DNA from: Phycisphaera mikurensis NBRC 102666
Lineage (GTDB): Bacteria > Planctomycetota > Phycisphaerae > Phycisphaerales > Phycisphaeraceae
Direction of reading: 5' to 3'
Assembly: GCF_000284115.1 (NCBI RefSeq)
Contig: NC_017080.1
Span: 180,001-212,000 of the forward strand
Length of the DNA stretch: 32,000 bases
The notes under the pieces were generated by a model that saw only the letters and a list, made by a program, of their open reading frames with translations, did not search any database and was not told the DNA's origin. The position numbers and the translations under genes are program-made. Of the stretch, positions 19,201 to 27,660 are shown piece after piece; position 1 is the first letter of the stretch; each line of letters opens with the position of its first letter.

Positions 19201-19231
19201 CGGGCAAGCGCCAGCCGCTGGCGAGCCCGCA
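19201..19231. repeat. Strong GC-rich hairpin between left repeat array and transposase gene
   Basis: GCGGGC-aaG-CGCCAGC-c-GCTGGCG-a-GCCCGC, two nested stems. Confidence 0.7.
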
Positions 19232-19322
19232 CGGCTCTCGCGTTGGGTGATGCCGCTGGCGTGGCGCATGACACACCCGCCAGCCTACCGGCCAGGGACG
19301 CTGGAACCTGGATCCGCCGGCG

Positions 19323-20327
19323 TCAGAAGTGCGGCGAGCCGGTGGCCATCCGCGCGAAGCCGACGCGGAGGTCCTCCGGGCCCAGGCCCACACGCTCGAG
19401 AATCGGCGCGAGCCGGCGGTCCAGCGAGGCCTTGCCTGCACGCAAGAGACGCGAAACGGCGTCCACCAAACGCAGGTACCGACGCAGGGTCAGACCGGCC
19501 AAGACGGTGCGGCCTGCAGCGGGCACGGCCGCCGATGCGGCACGGGCGGCTTCGTGCATCCGCGACCTGGGATCCTCGCCCGCCAGCGGCACCAGCCACG
19601 AGGCGCTGCGGGAGCGGCGGAAGGCGGCGGTGGGTGCCCGCTCGGCGGGCTCGGCTTGCTGCGGGGTTGCTGGCTGGTCCCGCCCCAGCCGCCCCTCCAG
19701 CGAGGTGTGCCGGCCGTCCTCGGGTCGATCGCACAGCCCCGCCGCCAGGGGGTTCAGGTCCACGTACACCATCGAACGCACCAGCTGGTGACCCTCGGGA
19801 TCGTCGATCGGCTTGCTCTTGTACCGACCGCTCCAGAAGGCGCCGCTGCCGCGCTCGAGCTTGTTCACCTCCACCGCCACGTGCTGCTTGAGCTCTTTCA
19901 TGAACTGCGAGAGGTCCATCAGCTTCCGCCTCGTGGCGGCGACCCACGCCTCGTCGGCCACCAGCGCCTCCAGCTCGCCGGGCTCGGGCTCCCGCGGGCC
20001 CTGGCGGTTCCGCAGCGGGTGCAGCGCCAGCCAGCGGTCCAGCACCTCTTGCGGCGACCAGGCGTGGCCGACCTCGGGCACGTTGCGCAGGACCAGGTGC
20101 AGGTGGTTGCCCATGACGCTGAAGGCCAGCACCTCGATGGAGCTGACCGCCGCCAGCTTCTCCAGCCTCGCCAGCAGCAACTCCTTGCGGTGGTCCTCCG
20201 GCTCCCGATCCCCGCGGTCATGGGCTCCGGGCTCCAGCAGGAACAGAGACCTCGCGCAGCGGTTGCTGACGTGCCACGCCTGCGGGAGGTCGGGGTCGAC
20301 GATCAGGCAGCGGTTGCGGCGCGGCAC
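19323..20327 (-). CDS. REP-associated tyrosine transposase-like protein (IS200/Y1, HUH nuclease superfamily)
   Basis: WHVSNRCARSLFLL, VLAFSVMGNHLHLVLR (HUH-type NHxHL), SQFMKELKQHVAVEVNKLERGSGAFWSGRYKS, and RSMVYVDLNPLAAGLCDRPEDGRHTS (the Y...NPxxAGL...P hallmark). Confidence 0.88.
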   Translation of the reverse strand: MPRRNRCLIVDPDLPQAWHVSNRCARSLFLLEPGAHDRGDREPEDHRKELLLARLEKLAAVSSIEVLAFSVMGNHLHLVLRNVPEVGHAWSPQEVLDRWLALHPLRNRQGPREPEPGELEALVADEAWVAATRRKLMDLSQFMKELKQHVAVEVNKLERGSGAFWSGRYKSKPIDDPEGHQLVRSMVYVDLNPLAAGLCDRPEDGRHTSLEGRLGRDQPATPQQAEPAERAPTAAFRRSRSASWLVPLAGEDPRSRMHEAARAASAAVPAAGRTVLAGLTLRRYLRLVDAVSRLLRAGKASLDRRLAPILERVGLGPEDLRVGFARMATGSPHF

Positions 20328-20422
20328 AGGGAGCCTCCGGAAGGAGCGAGAAGCGGGTCGGGCGACCCGGCAGGAGGACCGTACAGAAACCGTCCGGGAG
20401 AAGCAACGCCTCCTGCGAGCTG

Positions 20423-20626
20423 GCCAGGCCCCAATCCGAGGTGGCCAGGCCCCGGCGAATCCCGGCGAATCCCGGCGAATCCGAGGTGGCCAGGCCCCGG
20501 CGAATCGGCGAATCCCGGCGAATCCCGGCGAATCCCGGCGAGCCCGGCGAGCCCGGCGAGCCCCCAGGCCCCGGCGAGCCCCGGCGAGCCCCCGGCGAGC
20601 CCCCGGCGAGCCCCGGCGAGCCCCGT
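20423..20626. repeat. Right array: CCAGGCCCCGGCGAAT/GAGCCC units and short tandem CCCGGCGAAT / CCCCGGCGAGC repeats
   Basis: GAGGTGGCCAGGCCCCGGCGAAT at 20438-20460 and 20483-20505; CCAGGCCCCGGCGAGCCC at 20564-20581; then tandem CCCGGCGAGC copies to about 20622. Confidence 0.85.
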
Positions 20627-20712
20627 GGTGGGGCCCGGCGGCGGCAGGAAGCGACCAGGTGGGTCAATTCCTGATGATCGGTAGTGCGTCAGTTTGAAGT
20701 GATCGCTGACAA

Positions 20713-23178
20713 CTATCGCCTACGGCGCATCAGCGCTATGCCGCCGAGCATCAGCAGCGCCGCCGAAGTAGGTTCGGGAACAGCGGTGATTCTAAGCGTT
20801 GCTTGCTCGGAAGCCATATCGAAGGATGCCACGCCGGTGGATTCTGTTAACTGGATTTGGAACAGGCTTCCATCTTGAAGCGTAGCCGTGAGGAGTTGGC
20901 CCTCACGCTGAAGAAGTTCAAGCGTCATTGCAAATTTAAGATCGATTGGCGTACTGTCGATCGCAAATTGGCTTCCGACGATCTCAATGTTACTTCCCGG
21001 CAGCACTTGAATACCCCCACCCCAATCACCGCCAGCGATCCTGACAGAAGAATCGTCGTAGAACGTGACGAGGCTACCGATCCTGCCGCCTTGGATATCG
21101 AGTGAGGAACGAACTGCCTCAAAGCCCTCACCAACCGTTCCGCCTTCGATCGTAATCGTGGCATCTACAACGGAAAAGTTTCGCCCCAGCATTCCGCCTT
21201 CTCTGACAACGGCTGACTGGCCCGCCCGCAAACCTAATGTGACTTCAGACTCAGGACGATCGATAATAATAGTTCGAAATTCAGCTTCGGGTACCACCAC
21301 ATTCGTCAAGGTAAATGTCGGGCTGCTGATCCCACTGAAATCTCCAGGGAGCCCAAAGATAAATGGCGTCCCATCTTCCAACACCCCACTAAGCGCTTGA
21401 AATGCACCAGGACGCACCGTTGTGCTCGACACTGGGTTCCCATCGAGTAGAAAATCTGATCCAACCAACTCGAACGTGCCGCCACCACCGCCAACAAAAC
21501 GGCCGACGGTACCGCCGGACATGACGATGCGACCACCTTCCGAGAAGTTGGGTCGCTTCACCAAGCTCACCAGTGGTCCGGCAGAACCACCGGACATGAA
21601 TACCGTGGCTCCATCTTCCACAGTGAAGCCGTTGAGTTCCCCGCCAGTGATGAAGACCTGACTTCCATCCCTCGCGGCGAACCCATTGGTATTACCACCT
21701 TGGATATTGATGACCGAGCCAGCGAGAGCAGTCAAGCCAAGACCGCCCGTGCCGCCACTTATCGTTACCTCGGCTGACGTGACACGCACGTTGCTTCCGA
21801 TTTTGCCGCCGTTCACAGCAACGACGCCACCAGCCACGTTAAAGTTATCCGCAAGGTGGCCTTTATCACGAAGGATCAGTGATTCCCCCTGACGCAGGCC
21901 GGGGGGCGACATGTCGCTCGATTGCTCAATAACGTATGCCGACGTACTTGCTTGCGGTACTGTTGTGGACACAACAGCTAGATTGTTAATGAAATCTCCC
22001 GAGCGGTCTGTGAAGAGAAAAACTGAACCATCTTCCAGCGTGCCTGCCAAAACATCATTTTCAGCAAGCGTGATCGTCCCATCGGCAACGGAGGTACCGT
22101 TCAGTCGGAACTCGCCGCCAAACGCGGATACATCGCTTCCCTCCAAAGTGGACACACCTTGTCCGATTTGTCCACCACGCAGATCGACCGAGCTACCGGG
22201 CATGATGCGCAGGCCACCTGTGATCTCGCCTCCGGAGACCTCCACATCACTGCCGGTATATATGTCTAAACCAAACACGTGGCCGCCACTGATCTGCACC
22301 CTGGATTCCAAGACAGACAAGCCCCCTGTGTTTCCAGCAAGGATAGATAAATCAGATTCGATGGCGACAAAGCCTGGACCGATGTATCCGCCATCCAGGA
22401 CAAGCGATTGACCGGGCCGAAGTCCACGTGGCGCGGGGTCGGTCAGGGAGTTGACCTGGATAGGGGTCAGATCGACGGCTGGAAGCGAGGCCGATGTAAA
22501 TTGCGCGGAGTTCGAAACCTCATCACCAGCTAACGGCGAAAACAGGAAAACAGAGCCATCCGGTAGAGTTCCCGCCACCACATCGGTCGGGCCTAACGTA
22601 CCCGGCATTGATCCGGAGAATGAAGACCCGTTGAAGATAAACTCGCCGCCGATAAACTCGGTATCGGCATTTCTAAAATCAATGTTTGTGCCGAATTGGC
22701 CACCGCTAATCGTGGCTTGGCCAGCGGGCGGGTTGGTGAATGGCACGTCCCAAAAAGTGAATTTGCTGCCCAGGTAGCCACCGGTCATCGTGAACTGTGT
22801 GCTGGATATAGTACCCCCTATCCCGCTAGTACCCAGAGTGCCACTTGACAGGTTCACGGTTGAGCCGGGAGTAGCAAAAAAACCAAAACTATCTATACCT
22901 CCAAGCAGGTTTATTTCTACGTTAACGACCTCAGCGAAAATACTATTGTTGTCGCCCCCGGTGGTAAAGAATCCTGGAAGAATCCCACCGTCGAACACGT
23001 TGATCTGCGTATTAGGCGCGATTGGGTCACCCTGCTCGTAGGTGTCGGTCGGAAGATTGATCACGGTGTCGAAAACCTGTGCCTGCATAGGTACGGACAA
23101 CAAGGTCGTGATGGTGAGCAACGCAGCCCCGCCGAGTGCGGCCATATGATTGATCGGCAACTCGTTTCTGTTTCGCAT
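20713..23178 (-). CDS. Secreted beta-repeat PEP-CTERM protein with about four degenerate modules
   Basis: N-terminal signal-like LGGAALLTITTLLSVPMQAQ, many [ISV]xGGxxG strands, and C-terminal VPEPTSAALLMLGGIALMRRRR. Anchor motif GTLPDGSVFLF / GTLEDGSVFLF / GVLEDGTPFIF / ATLQDGSLFQI recurs. Confidence 0.88.
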   Translation of the reverse strand: MRNRNELPINHMAALGGAALLTITTLLSVPMQAQVFDTVINLPTDTYEQGDPIAPNTQINVFDGGILPGFFTTGGDNNSIFAEVVNVEINLLGGIDSFGFFATPGSTVNLSSGTLGTSGIGGTISSTQFTMTGGYLGSKFTFWDVPFTNPPAGQATISGGQFGTNIDFRNADTEFIGGEFIFNGSSFSGSMPGTLGPTDVVAGTLPDGSVFLFSPLAGDEVSNSAQFTSASLPAVDLTPIQVNSLTDPAPRGLRPGQSLVLDGGYIGPGFVAIESDLSILAGNTGGLSVLESRVQISGGHVFGLDIYTGSDVEVSGGEITGGLRIMPGSSVDLRGGQIGQGVSTLEGSDVSAFGGEFRLNGTSVADGTITLAENDVLAGTLEDGSVFLFTDRSGDFINNLAVVSTTVPQASTSAYVIEQSSDMSPPGLRQGESLILRDKGHLADNFNVAGGVVAVNGGKIGSNVRVTSAEVTISGGTGGLGLTALAGSVINIQGGNTNGFAARDGSQVFITGGELNGFTVEDGATVFMSGGSAGPLVSLVKRPNFSEGGRIVMSGGTVGRFVGGGGGTFELVGSDFLLDGNPVSSTTVRPGAFQALSGVLEDGTPFIFGLPGDFSGISSPTFTLTNVVVPEAEFRTIIIDRPESEVTLGLRAGQSAVVREGGMLGRNFSVVDATITIEGGTVGEGFEAVRSSLDIQGGRIGSLVTFYDDSSVRIAGGDWGGGIQVLPGSNIEIVGSQFAIDSTPIDLKFAMTLELLQREGQLLTATLQDGSLFQIQLTESTGVASFDMASEQATLRITAVPEPTSAALLMLGGIALMRRRR

Positions 23179-23389
23179 GGTCCTGCTCGCTTTTTCTTTT
23201 CTAGCCGATCATTCCAGGGGATTCTCGGAGTTGGCTTCTCCAAATCCATGATCTGCACACACCGACAATTGGCATCCGCCCTTGGTCATGATAGTGCGGC
23301 ATGCCGGCCACGCAACGTCGGCGATGGTGTCAGGTACATTCAGTAACGCCTCGTACTCTGACCGGTCTTGTTGATCCTACGGCAACAGC

Positions 23390-23525
23390 CGCACCCCTTC
23401 CAGCAGCAGGCTCCGGCGGACGGCGAGGCGTGGAGGTTCGTTGAAGTGGAGGAGGAGATCGGCGGTGGTGCGACCTTCAGTGGAGACGCCGCCGATTTCG
23501 CCATCTCGGGTCCGCGAAGGCGTCG
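23390..23525 (-). pseudogene. Possible C-terminal gene remnant
   Basis: The minus strand reads RDGEIGGVSTEGRTTADLLLHFNEPPRLAVRRSLLLEGVRLLP*, without a credible complete gene upstream. Confidence 0.2.
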
Positions 23526-23556
23526 GTCCGCGAAGGCGTTAGGTCCGCGAAGGCGT
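23509..23556. repeat. Three near-tandem copies of GGTCCGCGAAGGCGT
   Basis: 23509-23523, 23525-23539 and 23542-23556, separated by 1-2 nt. Confidence 0.85.
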
Positions 23557-23759
23557 CAGGAACATTCAGCATTCAAAGCATGAAGGGACTTGCCGGGGCC
23601 CGGACACCGACTCGTGCCTGACAATTTCGCTGCGACACCGTCGCTGCCTTGGTCCGTCGCAGCTCGGCACACGGAGTGTGCCGGGCACGCTGTGCGAGGC
23701 TGCGTCGCGGGGTTCGGCGGGACGGGGCTTCCGAGGCCGGTGCTGCGGGGGATCGGGCT

Positions 23760-25994
23760 TCAGTAGGGGACCTTGAAGACCGCCTTGGCGAGGAAGGTGA
23801 CGCCCACGCCGAGGGTGCCGATGAGGCCCATGCCGCAGGAGAAGCCGGCCGCGAGCACCGGGGCGTACTGGCGCCAGCGGAGGCCGAGCCTCCGGCGGAA
23901 GTAGTAGCGGCCGATGAAGGCGCCGAGCAGCTGGCTGAAGACGGCGAAGGGCAGCGTCTGGTTGAGGCCGCGGACGATGCCGTAGGTGAGGAAGATCGGC
24001 GCCCCGGCCCAAGACAGGAAGGCGAAGAGCGCCCCGCCGGAGAGGAAGCCCGCGAGGATGTAGTCGCCGCGGAAGGCCTGCTCGAACTCGCTGAACCCGC
24101 CCAGCGTCGAGCTGAACACCAGCGAGAGGTTCTCGGCGGTGACCTCCCACCACGCCTGGGCGAAGGGGTACTGCGGCCCGGGGATCGGGCCCAGCCCCCA
24201 GATGAAGTGGGCGAAGCACAGGCTGCCGACCAGGATGATCGGCGTGAGCAAGAGCTCGCTCTTCCAGATGCTCGTGAACTTCGTGCCGGTCAGCTCGCAC
24301 TGCCGGTAGAAGACCGTCATCGAGCCGTAGTTGTGGATCGGGATCGGCAGGAACCACACCGCCACGCCCTGGTAGCCCGAAAGGATGAAGCTGCCCTCCC
24401 GCACGAAGGGCAGGTTGATGACCTCGCCGGCGATGCCCTCGAGCCGCGCCGTCACGTAGCTGAGGATCGGCGTGTAGACGATCGCGTAGAAGAGCATCAC
24501 CGCGACCAGCGGCGGGTGGATGCGGCCGTCGGTGAGGATCAGCAGCCAGCAAGAGACGCCCAGGTACAGGGCGGTGGAGACCACGTACGTCGCGATGACC
24601 GCCCACGGCCGGATGTCCCCCCGGCCCTCGGGCAGCGTCGTCTCCTCGGGCTCGATCCCCGCCGCCAGCTCCTCCGCCCGCCGCCGCTTCGCCTTCATCA
24701 GCTGCTTGCCGACGCTGACGAAGCCCGCCACCGCGATCGTCAGCGCCACCCCCAGCGAGAAGCTGAAGTAGAAGTCCACGTTGTTCTTGTAGACCGTCTG
24801 CTGCATGTTGTCGCCGGGGTTCCACGACGTCAGCACGCCGGCGCCCGCCCCGCCCACCACCGGCAATAACTCCGGCAGGCCCCCGTACAGCACCGGGTTG
24901 AGGATCATCGTCGTGAGCAGCCCGATGCCCGTGCCGACCATCGCCCAGAAGGGCAGCACCATGCCGAAGAGCACCTGGCCCAGGTCCATCGAGACGGCCA
25001 CGGCGACGGCGGGGAGGATCGCCGCGGTGTCTTGCGTGTAGTCGACGAAGGGGATCGGCAGCAGCGTGATCGGGCGATCGAGCAGGGCTCCGGTGACCGT
25101 GGGCACGCCGAGGTAGACGGCCCCGAAGGCGAGGCCGATGATCGAGCCGAGGGTGAAGATCCGCCAGCGCCACGAGCCCCCCGCCGGTTCGCCCCGCGGG
25201 GTCGCCGCCGTCGCCCCGGCGGGGTCGTCCTTGGCGAAGGGGGCGATGAAGCCGGTGCGCGACTCGTCGGCGTCGTCGTCGTTTTCCTCGGTGAGCGCGA
25301 GGATGCCTTGGGCGCCGACGGGGGCCATGGGGAAGGGCAGCTTCTCGATGTCGCTGGCGATGCGGAAGAGCCCGTAGCCGAGGATCATGTTGTCGATGCG
25401 GCCGATGATCATCGTGAAGGTGATCAGCCCGATCGCCGGCAGCCACTCCTTCATGAACAGCGAGCGCTCGGCCAGCACCGCCGGGTCGTTGGGCGCGACC
25501 CACGCGGGAATCTGCTCGGCGATTCCCTGCGCGACCGCCGCGTCGGACTGCACGTAGAACTGGCTCCACAGCGCGCCCAGACCGCCGTGGAAGCCGCCCT
25601 CCAGCTGCGAGGCGGTCACCATGATCGCCCCGGAGATGTAGAAGAGCGTGAAGACCTGGGCCTTCCCGAGGTGCTGGTTCGCGCGGCGGGCGACCTCGAT
25701 GAACAGGATGAGCGTGACCCACTGCGCCGCGGGCCCGATCGAGGCGCCCGCGAGCAGCGTCATGTAGATCGACCCGGGCACCATCAGGATCGCGACGAAG
25801 ACGGCGCCGGCGAGCGATGACCAGCTGAAGCCCTCCTCGAAGGTGCCGGGGACCTCCATGATCCCGCGGAACTCCTCGAGCTCCGCGTCAACCGGGCCTC
25901 CGGCCCGGGGGGCGTCGCCCGAGCCGGTCGGCGCAGGCCGCGCTGCGGGCGGCCCCGCCCCAGGCGTCGGTGCGTTCTGGGGTCGCTCGGCCAA
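23760..25994 (-). CDS. OPT-family-like (oligopeptide transporter-like) polytopic membrane protein
   Basis: Many hydrophobic helices; RIASDIEKLPFPMAPVGAQGILAL; GGALFAFLSWAGAPIFLTYGIVRGLNQ; paired repeats typical of OPT-like proteins. Confidence 0.7.
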   Translation of the reverse strand: MAERPQNAPTPGAGPPAARPAPTGSGDAPRAGGPVDAELEEFRGIMEVPGTFEEGFSWSSLAGAVFVAILMVPGSIYMTLLAGASIGPAAQWVTLILFIEVARRANQHLGKAQVFTLFYISGAIMVTASQLEGGFHGGLGALWSQFYVQSDAAVAQGIAEQIPAWVAPNDPAVLAERSLFMKEWLPAIGLITFTMIIGRIDNMILGYGLFRIASDIEKLPFPMAPVGAQGILALTEENDDDADESRTGFIAPFAKDDPAGATAATPRGEPAGGSWRWRIFTLGSIIGLAFGAVYLGVPTVTGALLDRPITLLPIPFVDYTQDTAAILPAVAVAVSMDLGQVLFGMVLPFWAMVGTGIGLLTTMILNPVLYGGLPELLPVVGGAGAGVLTSWNPGDNMQQTVYKNNVDFYFSFSLGVALTIAVAGFVSVGKQLMKAKRRRAEELAAGIEPEETTLPEGRGDIRPWAVIATYVVSTALYLGVSCWLLILTDGRIHPPLVAVMLFYAIVYTPILSYVTARLEGIAGEVINLPFVREGSFILSGYQGVAVWFLPIPIHNYGSMTVFYRQCELTGTKFTSIWKSELLLTPIILVGSLCFAHFIWGLGPIPGPQYPFAQAWWEVTAENLSLVFSSTLGGFSEFEQAFRGDYILAGFLSGGALFAFLSWAGAPIFLTYGIVRGLNQTLPFAVFSQLLGAFIGRYYFRRRLGLRWRQYAPVLAAGFSCGMGLIGTLGVGVTFLAKAVFKVPY

Positions 25995-26004
25995 GGCGGA
26001 AAGA

Positions 26005-27549
26005 CTACCGGTGGGAGGGGTCGCGTCCCGCGGCGGGCGCGGCCTCGTCCAGGCCCGCTCCCGCCCGCAGGAAGGCGTTCACACCCGCCGCCGTCCATCG
26101 CGGGTCCCAGGTGCCCCGGGGCCGGTTCGCGGCTTCTTCCGCGAGCGCTTCGTAGGGATCCCCGCCGCCGCGGCCGTTGGCGGCCATGTAGTCCGCCAGC
26201 GTCGGCACGGCCGCGCCGGCGGGGTCGACGCGGTTGCCGGTGACGACCGCGTCCACCTGGTCTTCGTTCACGTCGAAGGCCGGCCACTTCGATGCCGTGG
26301 GCCAGTCGCTCACGAGGTTGCCGGTGATCGTCGCGGAGAGCTGCGGGTTGCCGATCCGCTCCCGCCAGGGGTCGCGGCCGTGGTGGTCCCACTTCTGCGA
26401 GACCTTGACGGCGACGCCGTGGCCGCTGCCGCTGTTCTTGTGAGCGAAGAGGTTGCCGGTGAGCTCGATCGACGCCACGCTCTCGACGAGGAAGCCGAAG
26501 CCGTTCTCCTGCACGCCGGCGATGTCGCTGGCGTCGAGCACGGCGTTGCCGGCGACGCGGCTCTCGCCGTCGAGGATCGTCATCGCGATGGGGCAGCGGC
26601 CGAAGAAGTTGCCCTCGACGAGCCCGCCGCCGCGGACCTGGGCCCCCTGCGCCGAGGGGCGGGTGATGAGGTTGCCCACCAGCTCCATCCGGCTGTTCAG
26701 CGTGAAGTACTGGTACACGTTGTGCTTGAAGATGTCGGGCTTGGAGCCTTCGACGGCCTCGTCGTGGCCGTTGCGGTCGAAGGTGCACTCCTCGACGCGG
26801 AGCCCGTCGAGGTTGCTCGCGAAGAGCCCCTGGGCGTGGCCGTTCACGCCGTAGTTGTCGACGACGATGCAGCGGCGGACGGTGACGTCGCGGAGCGGGT
26901 GCTTGCCGGCCCGCTGCCGGGCCCGGATCTCCTCGTCGTCGGGCTTGTCCCCGGCGTCGCCGCTCAGGTCCATGCCGACGAAGAAGCGGGAGATCTTGAG
27001 GTCTTCGAAGAGCACGTTCTCGCCGCGCTCGTTCCACTTGATGCCGTAGCCGCCCCGCCGCGCGGCCTCCACCGAGAAGGACGGGTCCGCGGGGTCGCGC
27101 GACCGGTCGCGGAAGGCGAGGCCCTGGATCACCAGGTGCGAGACCCCCGTGGCGGCGTGGGCGAGCAGGCCGCCGTTGAACTCCGGGCGGTCCCCCTCGC
27201 CGTAGACGCCGACGAACATCGGCTGGTCGGCCGACCGGCCGCTCTTCGCGAAGTAGCCAAAGGGCTCGTCGAAGCGGTCGCCGGCGCGGATGAGCAGGTG
27301 GTCGGGGAAGCCGTCGCGGAGCTGCTTCTTCGCCCGCTCGAGGGTCCGCAGCGGCGTGTTCTCGCCGCGGCCGTTGGCGCGGTCGTCGCCCGAGGTCGAC
27401 ACGTACACGAAGCGGGTGTCCGGCGAGGGCCGCGGGTTGTAGAAGCCCGCGGCGTCCCGGCCGGCCGCCGGCTCGGCGGCCGCGATCGCCAGCAACGCGG
27501 CGAAGAGCAGAAACGCCAAGCGGCGGGGAGGGAGGCGGAGTGCGTCCAT
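26005..27549 (-). CDS. Secreted right-handed parallel beta-helix protein
   Basis: Signal peptide-like LAFLLFAALLAIAAAEPAAG; YVSTSGDDRANGRGENTPLRTLERAKKQL; successive GNxxxxxx parallel beta-helix rungs. Confidence 0.8.
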   Translation of the reverse strand: MDALRLPPRRLAFLLFAALLAIAAAEPAAGRDAAGFYNPRPSPDTRFVYVSTSGDDRANGRGENTPLRTLERAKKQLRDGFPDHLLIRAGDRFDEPFGYFAKSGRSADQPMFVGVYGEGDRPEFNGGLLAHAATGVSHLVIQGLAFRDRSRDPADPSFSVEAARRGGYGIKWNERGENVLFEDLKISRFFVGMDLSGDAGDKPDDEEIRARQRAGKHPLRDVTVRRCIVVDNYGVNGHAQGLFASNLDGLRVEECTFDRNGHDEAVEGSKPDIFKHNVYQYFTLNSRMELVGNLITRPSAQGAQVRGGGLVEGNFFGRCPIAMTILDGESRVAGNAVLDASDIAGVQENGFGFLVESVASIELTGNLFAHKNSGSGHGVAVKVSQKWDHHGRDPWRERIGNPQLSATITGNLVSDWPTASKWPAFDVNEDQVDAVVTGNRVDPAGAAVPTLADYMAANGRGGGDPYEALAEEAANRPRGTWDPRWTAAGVNAFLRAGAGLDEAAPAAGRDPSHR

Positions 27550-27660
27550 GGCGCAGCCCGAGCGTAGAGGGAACCACGCGGCGGCCGCCGGCCCAAGCCC
27601 GCGCAGCGGGCGTCGAACGCGCGATGCTCTAAAATCCACGGGCACCCGCCGCGGCGCAGC

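Larger units (their letters stand above)
18973..20581. mobile_element. Putative RAYT-centred element with inverted flanking repeat arrays; outer boundaries uncertain
   Basis: Left GGGCTCGCCGGGGCCTGG copies and the perfect reverse complement CCAGGCCCCGGCGAGCCC at 20564-20581 bracket the Y1 transposase gene. Confidence 0.45.

Noticed and set aside
18599-19441. 280-aa minus-strand ORF
   Set aside because: Spans the whole non-coding repeat array and runs into the transposase gene in a different frame; composition follows the repeats.
20401-20664. Collagen-like PGEPGE/ANPGESRRIP repeat protein encoded on the minus strand
   Set aside because: The short tandem CCCGGCGA(A/G)(T/C) repeats read open in several frames with no stable N-terminus. 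Better explained as a DNA repeat array flanking the transposase.
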